Notes under the pieces: model-generated
Database searches by the model: none
What the model saw: the letters and a program-made list of their open reading frames with translations, nothing else
What the model was told of the DNA's origin: nothing
Shown here: in pieces, positions 18,912-27,759 of the stretch
How positions within the stretch are numbered: the first letter of the stretch is position 1
Layout: each line of letters opens with the position of its first letter
Program-made: the position numbers and the translations under genes
Source: a virus
DNA length: 64,000 bases
Reading direction: 5' to 3' (one strand)
Virus record (IMG/VR): IMGVR_UViG_3300048694_000663
Location: 6,222-70,221 of that record

Positions 18912-21175
18912 TAGTTTTTCCTAGATGCGCTTGTATGTTTTGTTTTATTTACAGCATCAACAACCGCTTTAGTAGTTGCTTTTACATGCTTAGGGTCAGT
19001 AGATGGCGGGACTGTTACATTAATAGTAATATTACCAGCAGAACTTCCTCCAACAATTTGAGACCCGCCCGCTGAACCTCCAGCTGTTGAGGCGTCCCCT
19101 CCACCAGACTCAAGCTTTGTGCCCCAACCGCCTGTAGATGTAGTTGTTCCAAATGCTCCAGTAACACCGCCATTTGCCATAGACATTGATGCGTCGTTAT
19201 ATCCTGGGACAGAACTCATTCCATTAGCGCTAAGAGAAGAGTTATTTCCAATTACCGTTGACCAGTTGATAGCGTTGCCGTTACCAGCACCAAGGACTCT
19301 TCGCGCTGCCGATACTCCTCTAAGGTCAACTGAAGCAACCTCTACTTCTCCGCCAGTGTGCGGTGCTTGAATTATTTTTCCATTACCTGCGTAAATAGCT
19401 ACGTGATGAGGGGCGTTAGGTGAGCCCCAGAACAAAAGGTCGCCAGGTCTAGCTGACATTGGGTCAATGCCCTGACCAGCTTTTATCTGATAATACGTTG
19501 TACGTGGAAGATTAATACCTTGTTTAGCAAAGACGTATTGAACAAAAGAAGAACAGTCAAAACCAACAGTTCCAGCTCCTTGAGCAAATCCTTTAGTTGG
19601 TCCCCCAATACCACCACCGCCCCATGCATATGGAGTTCCAATTTGAGAGGCGGCAGTTGCTAATGCATATGCGGCCATGGGTGTTGCGCCCTGTACCGAA
19701 AGTGAAGTATTAGAAACCCCATAACCACCACCGCTGCTGTGTGAGCCAAAGGCGTAACCACCACCATAAACAGCCCCGCCACCAACAGCGCCCACTAATG
19801 CGCCCCACGGCCCGCCCATCATGGCGCCAGAGGCAGCTCCACCCGCTACGGATGTGAGGAAACTTCCCCAATTCCAATTATGTTTTTTACCATCATTGTA
19901 CCCAGCTTTACCGCCCATAACCGCGGTTGCAATTGCACCAAGGCCACCGCCTAATACTCTAAGTGCCCCGCCTATGCTTCCCATGCTGGTAGATATTGAC
20001 TTTCCAATATTGCTAAACATAGGACTAAGGGCTCTACCAAGAACTGGTCCAATAATATTTCCAATCAATGAGGATACGAGAGTTCCCATCGCACCATTCA
20101 TTCCGCCCATAAAAGTATTGGCGTACCCATATCCATACAACAAAGCGTGTTGCTTAGAAATCATGTCAGCAAAAGTATTTGTTGCTTTAGTTAAAGTATT
20201 TAATGCTGCAGCTGTTCCTCTATTAATATCAGACTGTGTCATCTGAGTTAAGTTAAGCTGTGATGTATTGTAGCTTGACTGCGCCCCAGTTACCTTTGTG
20301 TATAGCCCTGCTTCAGTAAGTTGGTCTTTGCTTGGGGTTCCTGGTAATCCTTTTGCCTTAGCAAACAACTTGTCAATAATAATTTGACGCATGTTAGAGT
20401 CTTGAATGTAGGTATTTAAAATTGCATAAAGTTGATTACCTGGTTGAAGCGAACCAATAAGATAAGCAAAAGCATCTCTAGCGTTACCGCGAAGAGGAGG
20501 GGTGGATTGATAAATCTTATCTACAAAGTCATTTGCAATTTGATTAGGGTCGCGAAACATTCCGTTAGTGCCGCGAACTTGAACGCCAATAGCATTCATA
20601 AGATTAACGCTGCGCCCCTGGTTCATGGATGCTGCAGCCTGTGCGGTTCCCGCTAAGCCTAGGCCAGGCTCATAGTTAGATAATGCTGCAATGCCCCTAC
20701 CAATTTGCCCTGTGTTATAAATACCAGCGCCTTGCAAAGCTGTGATTGCTTGAACAGCATCCATTGAATTGATGGCTGTGCCCCCACGAGACATTGACGC
20801 CTGTTGAGAAGCAGCATTGCCAAATCCCATGCCACTAAAAAATCCTTGACGGGCCGTTGCTAGTTGGTAAGAAGCAGCAAGTTGTGGGCTAGGTAGCGCT
20901 TGGGCAACAATGCCAGGAAGTGAAAGAGCAAAGTTACCTAGACCACTGAGGAATTGACCTCCAACACTTCCGCCACTGCCCGATAGCGGAGTAAAAGAAG
21001 GCATGGCAACAGAGCCATTAGCGCCTGCGCCTGGGTTTGCACCGCCTCCACCTTTAGAGGCGTTAGCCATATTTGTAGCGAAGCCCGCAGATGATTTCTC
21101 TGCATCGCCCATTCGCTTAGCAAGTTTATCTACCCAGCCAAAAGCAGCAGCAATGTTGTCATTAAACTTTGCCAC
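18911..21175 (-). CDS. Tape measure protein with NlpC/P60 peptidoglycan endopeptidase domain
   Basis: Ala/Gly-rich helical body; IGTPYAWGG...FDCSSFVQY...HHVAIY..NGKIIQAP. Confidence 0.88.
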   Translation of the reverse strand: MAKFNDNIAAAFGWVDKLAKRMGDAEKSSAGFATNMANASKGGGGANPGAGANGSVAMPSFTPLSGSGGSVGGQFLSGLGNFALSLPGIVAQALPSPQLAASYQLATARQGFFSGMGFGNAASQQASMSRGGTAINSMDAVQAITALQGAGIYNTGQIGRGIAALSNYEPGLGLAGTAQAAASMNQGRSVNLMNAIGVQVRGTNGMFRDPNQIANDFVDKIYQSTPPLRGNARDAFAYLIGSLQPGNQLYAILNTYIQDSNMRQIIIDKLFAKAKGLPGTPSKDQLTEAGLYTKVTGAQSSYNTSQLNLTQMTQSDINRGTAAALNTLTKATNTFADMISKQHALLYGYGYANTFMGGMNGAMGTLVSSLIGNIIGPVLGRALSPMFSNIGKSISTSMGSIGGALRVLGGGLGAIATAVMGGKAGYNDGKKHNWNWGSFLTSVAGGAASGAMMGGPWGALVGAVGGGAVYGGGYAFGSHSSGGGYGVSNTSLSVQGATPMAAYALATAASQIGTPYAWGGGGIGGPTKGFAQGAGTVGFDCSSFVQYVFAKQGINLPRTTYYQIKAGQGIDPMSARPGDLLFWGSPNAPHHVAIYAGNGKIIQAPHTGGEVEVASVDLRGVSAARRVLGAGNGNAINWSTVIGNNSSLSANGMSSVPGYNDASMSMANGGVTGAFGTTTSTGGWGTKLESGGGDASTAGGSAGGSQIVGGSSAGNITINVTVPPSTDPKHVKATTKAVVDAVNKTKHTSASRKN

Positions 21176-21291
21176 TACTGCCTACCTCTCTTAGAACGTT
21201 CTAGCCAATTCTTACGCTCTCTAAATGACAACCCTCTGATATCAGAAAGAGTCCAACCAAAGGAACGAGCAATAAGCTCGTATTGGTCCAT
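21175..21291 (-). CDS. Short tail-assembly chaperone C-terminal partner ORF (38 aa), possibly expressed by frameshift
   Basis: Hand translation MDQYELIARSFGWTLSDIRGLSFRERKNWLERSKRGRQ; lies between chaperone and tape measure. Confidence 0.7.
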   Translation of the reverse strand: MDQYELIARSFGWTLSDIRGLSFRERKNWLERSKRGRQ

Positions 21292-21313
21292 TAAAAGCTC
21301 GTAATCAGTTTCC

Positions 21314-22105
21314 TTATAGTCGAAACAAAGCGGCGAGACTTAGTGGTAAATCAACTTCATTACCACATGCCTGGCAAGCCTTGCTCACCTCCCCAAGGCG
21401 TGGGCCTGGGTTTTTCTCGATAATCTCTTGTATAAGAGTTTCGCGGTCTGCTATACCAAGTTCTAGAACGGTAGACGGTGTTATGGACGAATCATTAATG
21501 CCGACTAAACAACCATTTAAGATTATTGTATTGAGTTCCGCCACAGTTTTGTTAGCGTTCTCCATAACCTTTTTCTGTGTTAGTCCGTTTGGTAAAGTTA
21601 AAGTGGCGTAGCCAGATTTAATCTTTACCCTCCAAGTACGTTCAGTAATTGGATTTTCCAACTCTTTAACCTCAACGTCTTCCGTGAGGTCAACTTCAAA
21701 TTCACGTGGTTCCTCACATTGGTTACAAAAACCAACGTGTTCAGATTTATTACCAAAGGTAACTTTTCTGATTCCTAAAAGAATTGCATCTCTATCTCCA
21801 GAGAGCAATATGCTTAAGTCTTCTCTTGTCGCTGGCTTATCGCCAATTGCTACAAGACCACGTTCTAGTACCGTGATAAGTGCCTTAGCGGTACTACCCG
21901 CCTTGGCAATAGCTTCTTCGTCTAGACCATTAAGTTCTCTGACTTCAGCTGTTCTTACCACAGTACGTTCTGGCGTTATATATCCACCAGGTAGTTGCAC
22001 AGTAGTTGATGCAGGAGCCTCGGTAGCAATTACCTGAGGCCCTGCAGTCAACCCCTCTGCAAGCCTATTAATTTGTGCTGCGTCTGTTGTCGTTGTTTGT
22101 GACAC
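21314..22105 (-). CDS. Tail assembly chaperone / T4 gp26-like hub assembly protein
   Basis: VRELNGLDEE, GDRDAILLGIR, two CxxC motifs; between tube and tape measure. Confidence 0.75.
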   Translation of the reverse strand: MSQTTTTDAAQINRLAEGLTAGPQVIATEAPASTTVQLPGGYITPERTVVRTAEVRELNGLDEEAIAKAGSTAKALITVLERGLVAIGDKPATREDLSILLSGDRDAILLGIRKVTFGNKSEHVGFCNQCEEPREFEVDLTEDVEVKELENPITERTWRVKIKSGYATLTLPNGLTQKKVMENANKTVAELNTIILNGCLVGINDSSITPSTVLELGIADRETLIQEIIEKNPGPRLGEVSKACQACGNEVDLPLSLAALFRL

Positions 22106-22130
22106 GATTTATTCTCCTTGTGTTTAGTTA

Positions 22131-22760
22131 TTAGATAATCTTGATATCTGAATAGCCGCCATTGTCTTGAGCCTTACCGTCTGGTGCGGTAAAAGTTACA
22201 GAAAGGCCTTCATGTACCAAAGTCATTTGCTCAAACAAAACGTTGTTATCTGTTCCGTTTAAGTCAGTGTATGCCAGCGAAGAAATCCAAGCGTTATGTA
22301 CTGTGAACATGACGCGAGCATCTGTTCCGTTGATGCCAGTATTGCTTTCAGGTGTAGCTGGATGGTCATTAACGTAAATCTTTACGTTTAGACGGAAGTC
22401 TTTTCCTTTTACAGCAAGACCATTAGAACCAGAAGCATCAAACAAACCGCGCATCCATAGGATTGCTTGGTCCTGTCCATATACCATTCCTCGGTTAAGT
22501 ACCAAAGGCTGGAAGCTTGTCTGTCCAGGAAGTTGATGAACTGTAGTATTGAATCCACCTTCACGATAAGCAATTGCTTGGGTGTTGATGGTTAACCCTT
22601 GAACTTGGGTAAAGCCTCCAGTAAAGCCTTTAACCTTGTCATTAAAATGAGTAATGCCGTTAGATGCTGCTTCAAACTCTACAAAGAATTTAAAGTTACG
22701 AAGAGGGTCGTGTTGTCGAGCACCCCACCGTCTTGCTTCGGTTAGATTGTTGTCAGCCAT
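22131..22760 (-). CDS. Tail tube protein (T4 gp19-like)
   Basis: DPLRNFKFFVE, YREGG, LPGQTSF, LNRG, NAW and EQMTLVHEG. Confidence 0.93.
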   Translation of the reverse strand: MADNNLTEARRWGARQHDPLRNFKFFVEFEAASNGITHFNDKVKGFTGGFTQVQGLTINTQAIAYREGGFNTTVHQLPGQTSFQPLVLNRGMVYGQDQAILWMRGLFDASGSNGLAVKGKDFRLNVKIYVNDHPATPESNTGINGTDARVMFTVHNAWISSLAYTDLNGTDNNVLFEQMTLVHEGLSVTFTAPDGKAQDNGGYSDIKII

Positions 22761-22772
22761 TGATTATCTCCT

Positions 22773-24278
22773 TTAGGCGGTGGTGACTGTTACTCCGCCG
22801 TCATATTGTGAAATATTAATGACGACGAATTCTGCTGGACGTTGTAGTGAAACACCTACTGAAATATTGACCTGCCCTGCATCAACAGTCTGGAGGGTGT
22901 TATTTGTTCCATCACAAATGACATAGTACGCAGCCTTTGCTGTGTTGCCACGAAGACCGCCCTTACGCCAGAAGGAGTTAAGGAAGTTCTCGCATACAGC
23001 AGTAAGCTGACGATACAGTCTGCCATCGTTAGGCTCAAAGATTGCAAAACGAGTTAAGTCCTGAAGAGTCTTCTCTAGATAGATAAGAGTACGACGAACA
23101 GGGACATACTTGTCTACATAACCTTGCTTTAATGTGCGAGCACCCATAATGACAATGCCAGAACCATTGACATAACGGATAGCATTGACAGGAGCCGCTG
23201 CTGTGTTCATAGAGTCAAGGTTTGCATTTGTCAATGGAGCTACAGATACTGCGCCACCAATACGAGTTAAAAGACCCGCAGGAGCCTTGAACACGTCACG
23301 TGTGCGGTCTGTATATATGTATTGACCAATAACCGCTGCGCCATTGTTAATGGTACGAACTACTCCAGGAGCAGTAGTTGTTGGGTCACTGATAATAATA
23401 TTTGGATAGTAACAAGCAGCACGTGAGCTAGCTGTGTAGCTTGCTGCAAGTGTTAATTGGTCGGCAACTGTCTGAGCACCGCCATCAATTACAATAAAGC
23501 AATCTGTGCGAGCCTCGGCATAAGCAATAAGTGTATTAACACTAGATGCGTCTGTAACACCAGGAGCATTGATAATAAGGCTTTCCTGTACTGTGTCAAA
23601 AGTTACGACGCTTGATGCAACAGCTGAGCTTGTTTGTCCGCCAGATGCATTAGTTCCACCAGCAAGTTGAGCTCCTAATACAGATGCAGGAACATCTGCT
23701 GAGCCAGTAGCTGGGTCAGACATGTCAACAAGGTAAATAAACTGAGATTGTCCATTTACAACTTTTGGTGCATAACGGTTGTCTGTTGAAACCATAGACA
23801 AGTCAGTGAAACGCTCTACAGCATCTCCGTAATAAACGTTAACGGCAAATGTTGTTGCTGTAGCTGTTGGCTTAACAATATCGATATAGATATCGTTACC
23901 CCATGCTCCAGGGTTAGCTGCGTTTACTTGAAGGGTAGCTGTAGCACCAGCAGACCCTCCAGCTCCTGAGCTGTCGTAGAAAGAGCGAGAGGCAACAGCC
24001 CATCCGCTTCCTGGTACTCGAGCTATGTAACATTCTCCACCCGCGTTATCCACCAAGAAAGAGTGAACAGCGTGACGAAGTAAATCAGTTGTGTCATTCT
24101 GCCATGTACCGTAGATGCGAGTGAACTGAGACCAAGAAGTAATAAGGTTTGGTCCTAGAGGTCCTTGATTAGATGGACCAAGAAACGCGGCTCGTGTAAG
24201 GGTAGCGACGCCAGCTGATGGTGGTGTTGGGTTAAGTGTTTCATTAACATAAACACCAGGGCGTTGATATACAGCCAT
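22773..24278 (-). CDS. Tail sheath protein
   Basis: RPGVYVNE, KAPAG, GARTL, YVPVRR, FEPND and PAEFV. Confidence 0.96.
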   Translation of the reverse strand: MAVYQRPGVYVNETLNPTPPSAGVATLTRAAFLGPSNQGPLGPNLITSWSQFTRIYGTWQNDTTDLLRHAVHSFLVDNAGGECYIARVPGSGWAVASRSFYDSSGAGGSAGATATLQVNAANPGAWGNDIYIDIVKPTATATTFAVNVYYGDAVERFTDLSMVSTDNRYAPKVVNGQSQFIYLVDMSDPATGSADVPASVLGAQLAGGTNASGGQTSSAVASSVVTFDTVQESLIINAPGVTDASSVNTLIAYAEARTDCFIVIDGGAQTVADQLTLAASYTASSRAACYYPNIIISDPTTTAPGVVRTINNGAAVIGQYIYTDRTRDVFKAPAGLLTRIGGAVSVAPLTNANLDSMNTAAAPVNAIRYVNGSGIVIMGARTLKQGYVDKYVPVRRTLIYLEKTLQDLTRFAIFEPNDGRLYRQLTAVCENFLNSFWRKGGLRGNTAKAAYYVICDGTNNTLQTVDAGQVNISVGVSLQRPAEFVVINISQYDGGVTVTTA

Positions 24279-24296
24279 TGATTATCTCCTTTAGAT

Positions 24297-24944
24297 TTAT
24301 TCTGTTGTGATGATTCGTGTAAGCGGGAAGTAGTCCGTAGGGATACCAGTAGTAGTCGGATTGATTTGGACTTCCTGCACGATTGCAAGAGCGTCTTGAG
24401 CCGTTTCCTCAGTCATTTCACTTAGGATACGAACAGTTATTGTATTTCTATATAGACGTCGGTCGTCGGTTATAGTGTCGCGTTTTGCAAATCCCTCGAC
24501 AAACATGTGCCTATATTCATAAACAGACTCATCGATATTAGGAACAGGTAGGTATCCCCATTTACCAGGAGTCTTGTACTTTAACATCTGCCGAATAATC
24601 TCACGGTCATGGCGTGGATGACGGGCATACGTTGTGATTTGATAATAAAGGTCATAGAGAACAGGCTGAGGGTATGAGTAAACATCCCCACCATCTGGCA
24701 CAGCGCCGTTGAGGTCATGGTCATAAATCATGCCTCCACCCACTTGACGCTCACGGGACTGTTGGATATCAACAAGGTCAATAAGGGCATAGGGATAAGT
24801 GATAGCTTGAAGTTCAACATCAGGTTGATTGAACCAGACCTTCATAGGGCGAGCAGCGCTCTTACCATCTTTAACAGTGATGCCAGCAATAAGGTCTTTG
24901 AGGGCGTACTCTTCTCGAAGTAAGAACTGATTAGAGGTTGTCAT
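24297..24944 (-). CDS. Tail terminator/completion protein
   Basis: Directly upstream of the sheath; YPY..IDL and LYYQITTYAR beta pattern. Confidence 0.65.
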   Translation of the reverse strand: MTTSNQFLLREEYALKDLIAGITVKDGKSAARPMKVWFNQPDVELQAITYPYALIDLVDIQQSRERQVGGGMIYDHDLNGAVPDGGDVYSYPQPVLYDLYYQITTYARHPRHDREIIRQMLKYKTPGKWGYLPVPNIDESVYEYRHMFVEGFAKRDTITDDRRLYRNTITVRILSEMTEETAQDALAIVQEVQINPTTTGIPTDYFPLTRIITTE

Positions 24945-25265
24945 TTATTTAAACGCCTCCGAATTCATGAAGGACTCTTCAATAGCCTTAGCTACATACT
25001 TCTCTACCAAATCCTGAGAGTTGTTCTGAGAAACTCTAAGGGCAGGCATGAGGGTGTTGTTGGCTGAGCCATACTCAAAGTCATCTACCTGTGAGGCTAT
25101 GCTCTCTGGGAACTCTTCGTCTATACCGTTTTCATCCCAAGAGACGGAGACTTTATCAATCACGTCTTTTGACCAGCCCATAGTTGCAGCGGTTTCACGT
25201 GTGAGGTTTGTTAGCTCTTCAGTAAGAGCATCAAGATTTTTTTCTAAAAATTTATTTGCGACCAC
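24945..25265 (-). CDS. Hypothetical protein, possible tail/neck component
   Basis: 106 aa with EYG...PALR motif; position before the tail terminator. Confidence 0.55.
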   Translation of the reverse strand: MVANKFLEKNLDALTEELTNLTRETAATMGWSKDVIDKVSVSWDENGIDEEFPESIASQVDDFEYGSANNTLMPALRVSQNNSQDLVEKYVAKAIEESFMNSEAFK

Positions 25266-25404
25266 GCTTGCCCACAGCCTTACCCAGCAAAACAGCTGCT
25301 GTCACCATTAGCCAGTTATTACGAACGTCCCTTGCGTCAGGCAGATTCTGAAAGATTGTGTTTTCAAAGTCGTCCTTATCAGGACGTGAAATCTTGTCAG
25401 CCAT
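25252..25404 (-). CDS. Small hypothetical protein (50 aa)
   Basis: Hand translation MADKISRPDKDDFENTIFQNLPDARDVRNNWLMVTAAVLLGKAVGKRGRK; AGGAG SD. Confidence 0.65.
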   Translation of the reverse strand: MADKISRPDKDDFENTIFQNLPDARDVRNNWLMVTAAVLLGKAVGKRGRK

Positions 25405-25485
25405 CGTAAAAACTCCTAAGGAGAGCAGTGTCTTTCGCAGGGGTACAGCCGTAGGTCCGCACGGAACTACTCTTTAAGGATAAAG

Positions 25486-25510
25486 CAAAAAGCCCCTCAG
25501 CGAGGGGCTT
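25486..25510 (-). terminator. Rho-independent terminator
   Basis: AAGCCCCTC-GCT-GAGGGGCTT followed by TTTG. Confidence 0.75.
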
Positions 25511-25515
25511 AATAC

Positions 25516-25728
25516 TTACTTCTTTCGTTTCTTCTTTATGTCTTTAATTATCTTCTTGTCAATTGGCAGGTCTTCTTGGAGGGTTTTAGGCTTTTTCTTT
25601 TTGCCGTGGGCTTTGTCCTTTTTCTCGAACTCGTCCTTTTCTTTTTTGCTTAAACCTTTAGTTAAGTACTTGTCCATCTTTTCGTCAGATTCTTTAGTGT
25701 ACTTACCTTTTAATGGAGGCTTCTTCAC
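25516..25728 (-). CDS. Small Lys-rich protein
   Basis: 70 aa, very basic; coupled to the upstream stop. Confidence 0.7.
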   Translation of the reverse strand: MKKPPLKGKYTKESDEKMDKYLTKGLSKKEKDEFEKKDKAHGKKKKPKTLQEDLPIDKKIIKDIKKKRKK

Positions 25729-25874
25729 TACATACCCTTCTTACGAACCATGCTCTTTTTCTTCATTGCAGGAGCAGCCTTCTTTACAGCAGGCCCCTTG
25801 GCTACCGACTTCTTGCCCTTGCCAAATCCTGGGGCTTTTGGGTTCTTCATTCCGCAACCACATGTCGCGCACAT
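25728..25874 (-). CDS. Small basic protein with MCATCGC N-terminus (48 aa)
   Basis: Hand translation MCATCGCGMKNPKAPGFGKGKKSVAKGPAVKKAAPAMKKKSMVRKKGM; TAATG coupling. Confidence 0.7.
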   Translation of the reverse strand: MCATCGCGMKNPKAPGFGKGKKSVAKGPAVKKAAPAMKKKSMVRKKGM

Positions 25875-26044
25875 TATTTCTTACCCTTCTTTGCACGGAG
25901 AGCTGCAAAGTCAGAGCCTTCTAGCTTGCCGTTTTTATCTGTGTCGAGCTTCTTTTGCTTAGGTGAAAGTTTCTTTGCAGCCGACTTCTTTGCAGGAGCC
26001 TTCTTAGCTGACTTCTTTGCTTTGCATCCACATGTTGCACACAT
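25874..26044 (-). CDS. Small basic protein with MCATCGC N-terminus and EF-hand-like loop (56 aa)
   Basis: Hand translation MCATCGCKAKKSAKKAPAKKSAAKKLSPKQKKLDTDKNGKLEGSDFAALRAKKGKK; TAATG coupling. Confidence 0.7.
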   Translation of the reverse strand: MCATCGCKAKKSAKKAPAKKSAAKKLSPKQKKLDTDKNGKLEGSDFAALRAKKGKK

Positions 26045-26178
26045 TATTTTTTACCTGCTTTCTTTTTGACTTTCTTAGGGAGCTTCTTACCTTTAGGGGT
26101 TTTCTCTTCCCATTCCTTAGCCATCTCTGGGTGTTTAGCGTACATGAACTTACGCTGTTGTTGGGATTTAAAAGGCAT
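26044..26178 (-). CDS. Small basic protein (44 aa)
   Basis: MPFKSQQQRKFMYAKHPEMAKEWEEKTPKGKKLPKKVKKK; ATG at 26178 avoids overlap with the upstream gene. Confidence 0.7.
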   Translation of the reverse strand: MPFKSQQQRKFMYAKHPEMAKEWEEKTPKGKKLPKKVKKKAGKK

Positions 26179-26186
26179 TAGGCGAC

Positions 26187-26474
26187 CTAGAATGGGCTGG
26201 AGTATAGGACGCTTACCGCGTTGGTGGCCGTACCCGCAACGGAGATTGCATATAAGGAGTCCCCAGCATTTAACCAAATCTGGGTAGTAGTAGTTGACTT
26301 ATTAATCTTTACCCCAAGGTTTGCCCCACTGGTTGATACGGTTGAGTCTCCAACAAATATTGCGGAGTTGTCGTCATTAAATAACAAGACAGCAGTATTT
26401 GGGCTCTTAGCTGGGATAGTTGCTAAAAGAGTTGGGCTAGTTCCTACAGTAATTGCTGCGTGATGTAGTGCCAT
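26187..26474 (-). CDS. Small beta-rich virion-type protein
   Basis: ITVGTSPTLL...IFVGDSTVST..G...LNAGDSLYAI. Confidence 0.65.
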   Translation of the reverse strand: MALHHAAITVGTSPTLLATIPAKSPNTAVLLFNDDNSAIFVGDSTVSTSGANLGVKINKSTTTTQIWLNAGDSLYAISVAGTATNAVSVLYSSPF

Positions 26475-26483
26475 AAGTATCCT

Positions 26484-27017
26484 TTACAAGTTCATTATGT
26501 CTGGGACCCCAGACGCGTATTGGGCAAACTGAGGGTCATTAACAATTTCTTCAGGCATCATCTGTACGCACTCAACAATAACAAGGGTGAAACGTTCGGA
26601 GACAATACCTGCTTGTTGTACGAACCAAGAACGGTATAACTGACCCTTCCATTCAATACGCCCACGGTTTTGAATGTCAGGATTATTAAGTACATTAGGA
26701 GCAATACGCTCAATCTCTTCTGCGTCAAGAAGTAAATGCAACTTATCCGCGCCGTAGAAACCAGAATCTGATTGTGGAATACCGCCTTGAGTAATTCGTG
26801 CCTTGATGACTGGAAGGTCATAAGGACCTTTCCAGCGACGCCCGACATCGACGGTACCAACGTTATACAAATCGTCCATCTGGCTTGCTACAGGGTCAAA
26901 GACCCACCATTTAGCAAAAGTTCCGACGGGGCGTTGTAAGTCTGTTGCAATACCAGCAAGGATTTCGTTGGTCTCAAAATCTGCATCAAACCTACCGCCA
27001 GGCGAGTAGGCTCTCAT
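26484..27017 (-). CDS. Putative head-tail connector/stopper protein
   Basis: Position in the structural module; DDLY...GRRW.GP, beta-barrel-like pattern. Confidence 0.5.
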   Translation of the reverse strand: MRAYSPGGRFDADFETNEILAGIATDLQRPVGTFAKWWVFDPVASQMDDLYNVGTVDVGRRWKGPYDLPVIKARITQGGIPQSDSGFYGADKLHLLLDAEEIERIAPNVLNNPDIQNRGRIEWKGQLYRSWFVQQAGIVSERFTLVIVECVQMMPEEIVNDPQFAQYASGVPDIMNL

Positions 27018-27026
27018 GCTTAATCC

Positions 27027-27152
27027 TTAAGCGTGGATTTTTTGGCAGGCGTGGCAAAGATATGTTGCGTCAGCGTCAGCATCCTTTGTAAGGATTTCTG
27101 CAACGACGATGTTGTTAGCGCATTGAGCGCACTGGGTCTTCAAATCAGCCAT
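27027..27152 (-). CDS. Small zinc-ribbon protein (41 aa)
   Basis: Hand translation MADLKTQCAQCANNIVVAEILTKDADADATYLCHACQKIHA; AAAGGA SD. Confidence 0.65.
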   Translation of the reverse strand: MADLKTQCAQCANNIVVAEILTKDADADATYLCHACQKIHA

Positions 27153-27198
27153 TATATTTCCTTTCAAAGAAACATTGTGTTTGTTAGTATGTCATATC

Positions 27199-27759
27199 CT
27201 ACGGCAGAATATTGCTCAAATTGGATTCTACAGAGGCCTTGTATCGAGGCTCTAGTTCCATTTGGTCTAGTTCTTTAAAGAGGTTACGGGATTCTTCTTG
27301 GCGCCCAATCCACCAAGCCGATACCGCCTTCTCAAAGGTCAACACATAAGGCCCGTAGTACTCAACATCTGCAGGCAGGGGCGATGTATTTTCAGCCCAG
27401 ACAAGTCCAACGCAAGCCATGGTGTAGCACTCCTGCCAAGCTGCCAGTCCTTCATAGTAACGAGCTAAAAAGAAATATGCCTCGGGACGATTAGGGACAA
27501 GCGCCATAGCTTGAAGGATGTTATTAAGCACAGTCTTGTTTCTATCTCGCTGGTCGTTAAAGCAGATAGACATCTTTAGCAAGGATGTGTAAGCAATCAA
27601 AGGGTGGGTAGTAACCCCATACTCGGCTGCCCGAAGGTAAAACGAAACCGCCGAAGCTGTTTGATTCAGCTCATTATATTTTTCTGCAATCTCAAAGTTT
27701 AATACAGGATTAAACATGTCATGAGAAGCGCTCTCAATTAGCTCTTCAATGGACTTCAT
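27199..27759 (-). CDS. TPR-repeat protein
   Basis: AVSFYLRAAE, LVPNRPEAYFFLARYY and EKAVSAWWIGR helical repeats. Confidence 0.75.
   Translation of the reverse strand: MKSIEELIESASHDMFNPVLNFEIAEKYNELNQTASAVSFYLRAAEYGVTTHPLIAYTSLLKMSICFNDQRDRNKTVLNNILQAMALVPNRPEAYFFLARYYEGLAAWQECYTMACVGLVWAENTSPLPADVEYYGPYVLTFEKAVSAWWIGRQEESRNLFKELDQMELEPRYKASVESNLSNILP

Noticed and set aside
13141-24944. Extracellular contractile injection system or T6SS-like locus
   Set aside because: Capsid, portal, terminase, scaffold and replication genes are on the same contig, so this is a phage tail.
26179-26277. N-terminal extension of ORF 26044..26277
   Set aside because: It overlaps the upstream gene; the ATG at 26178 gives a clean, compositionally coherent protein.
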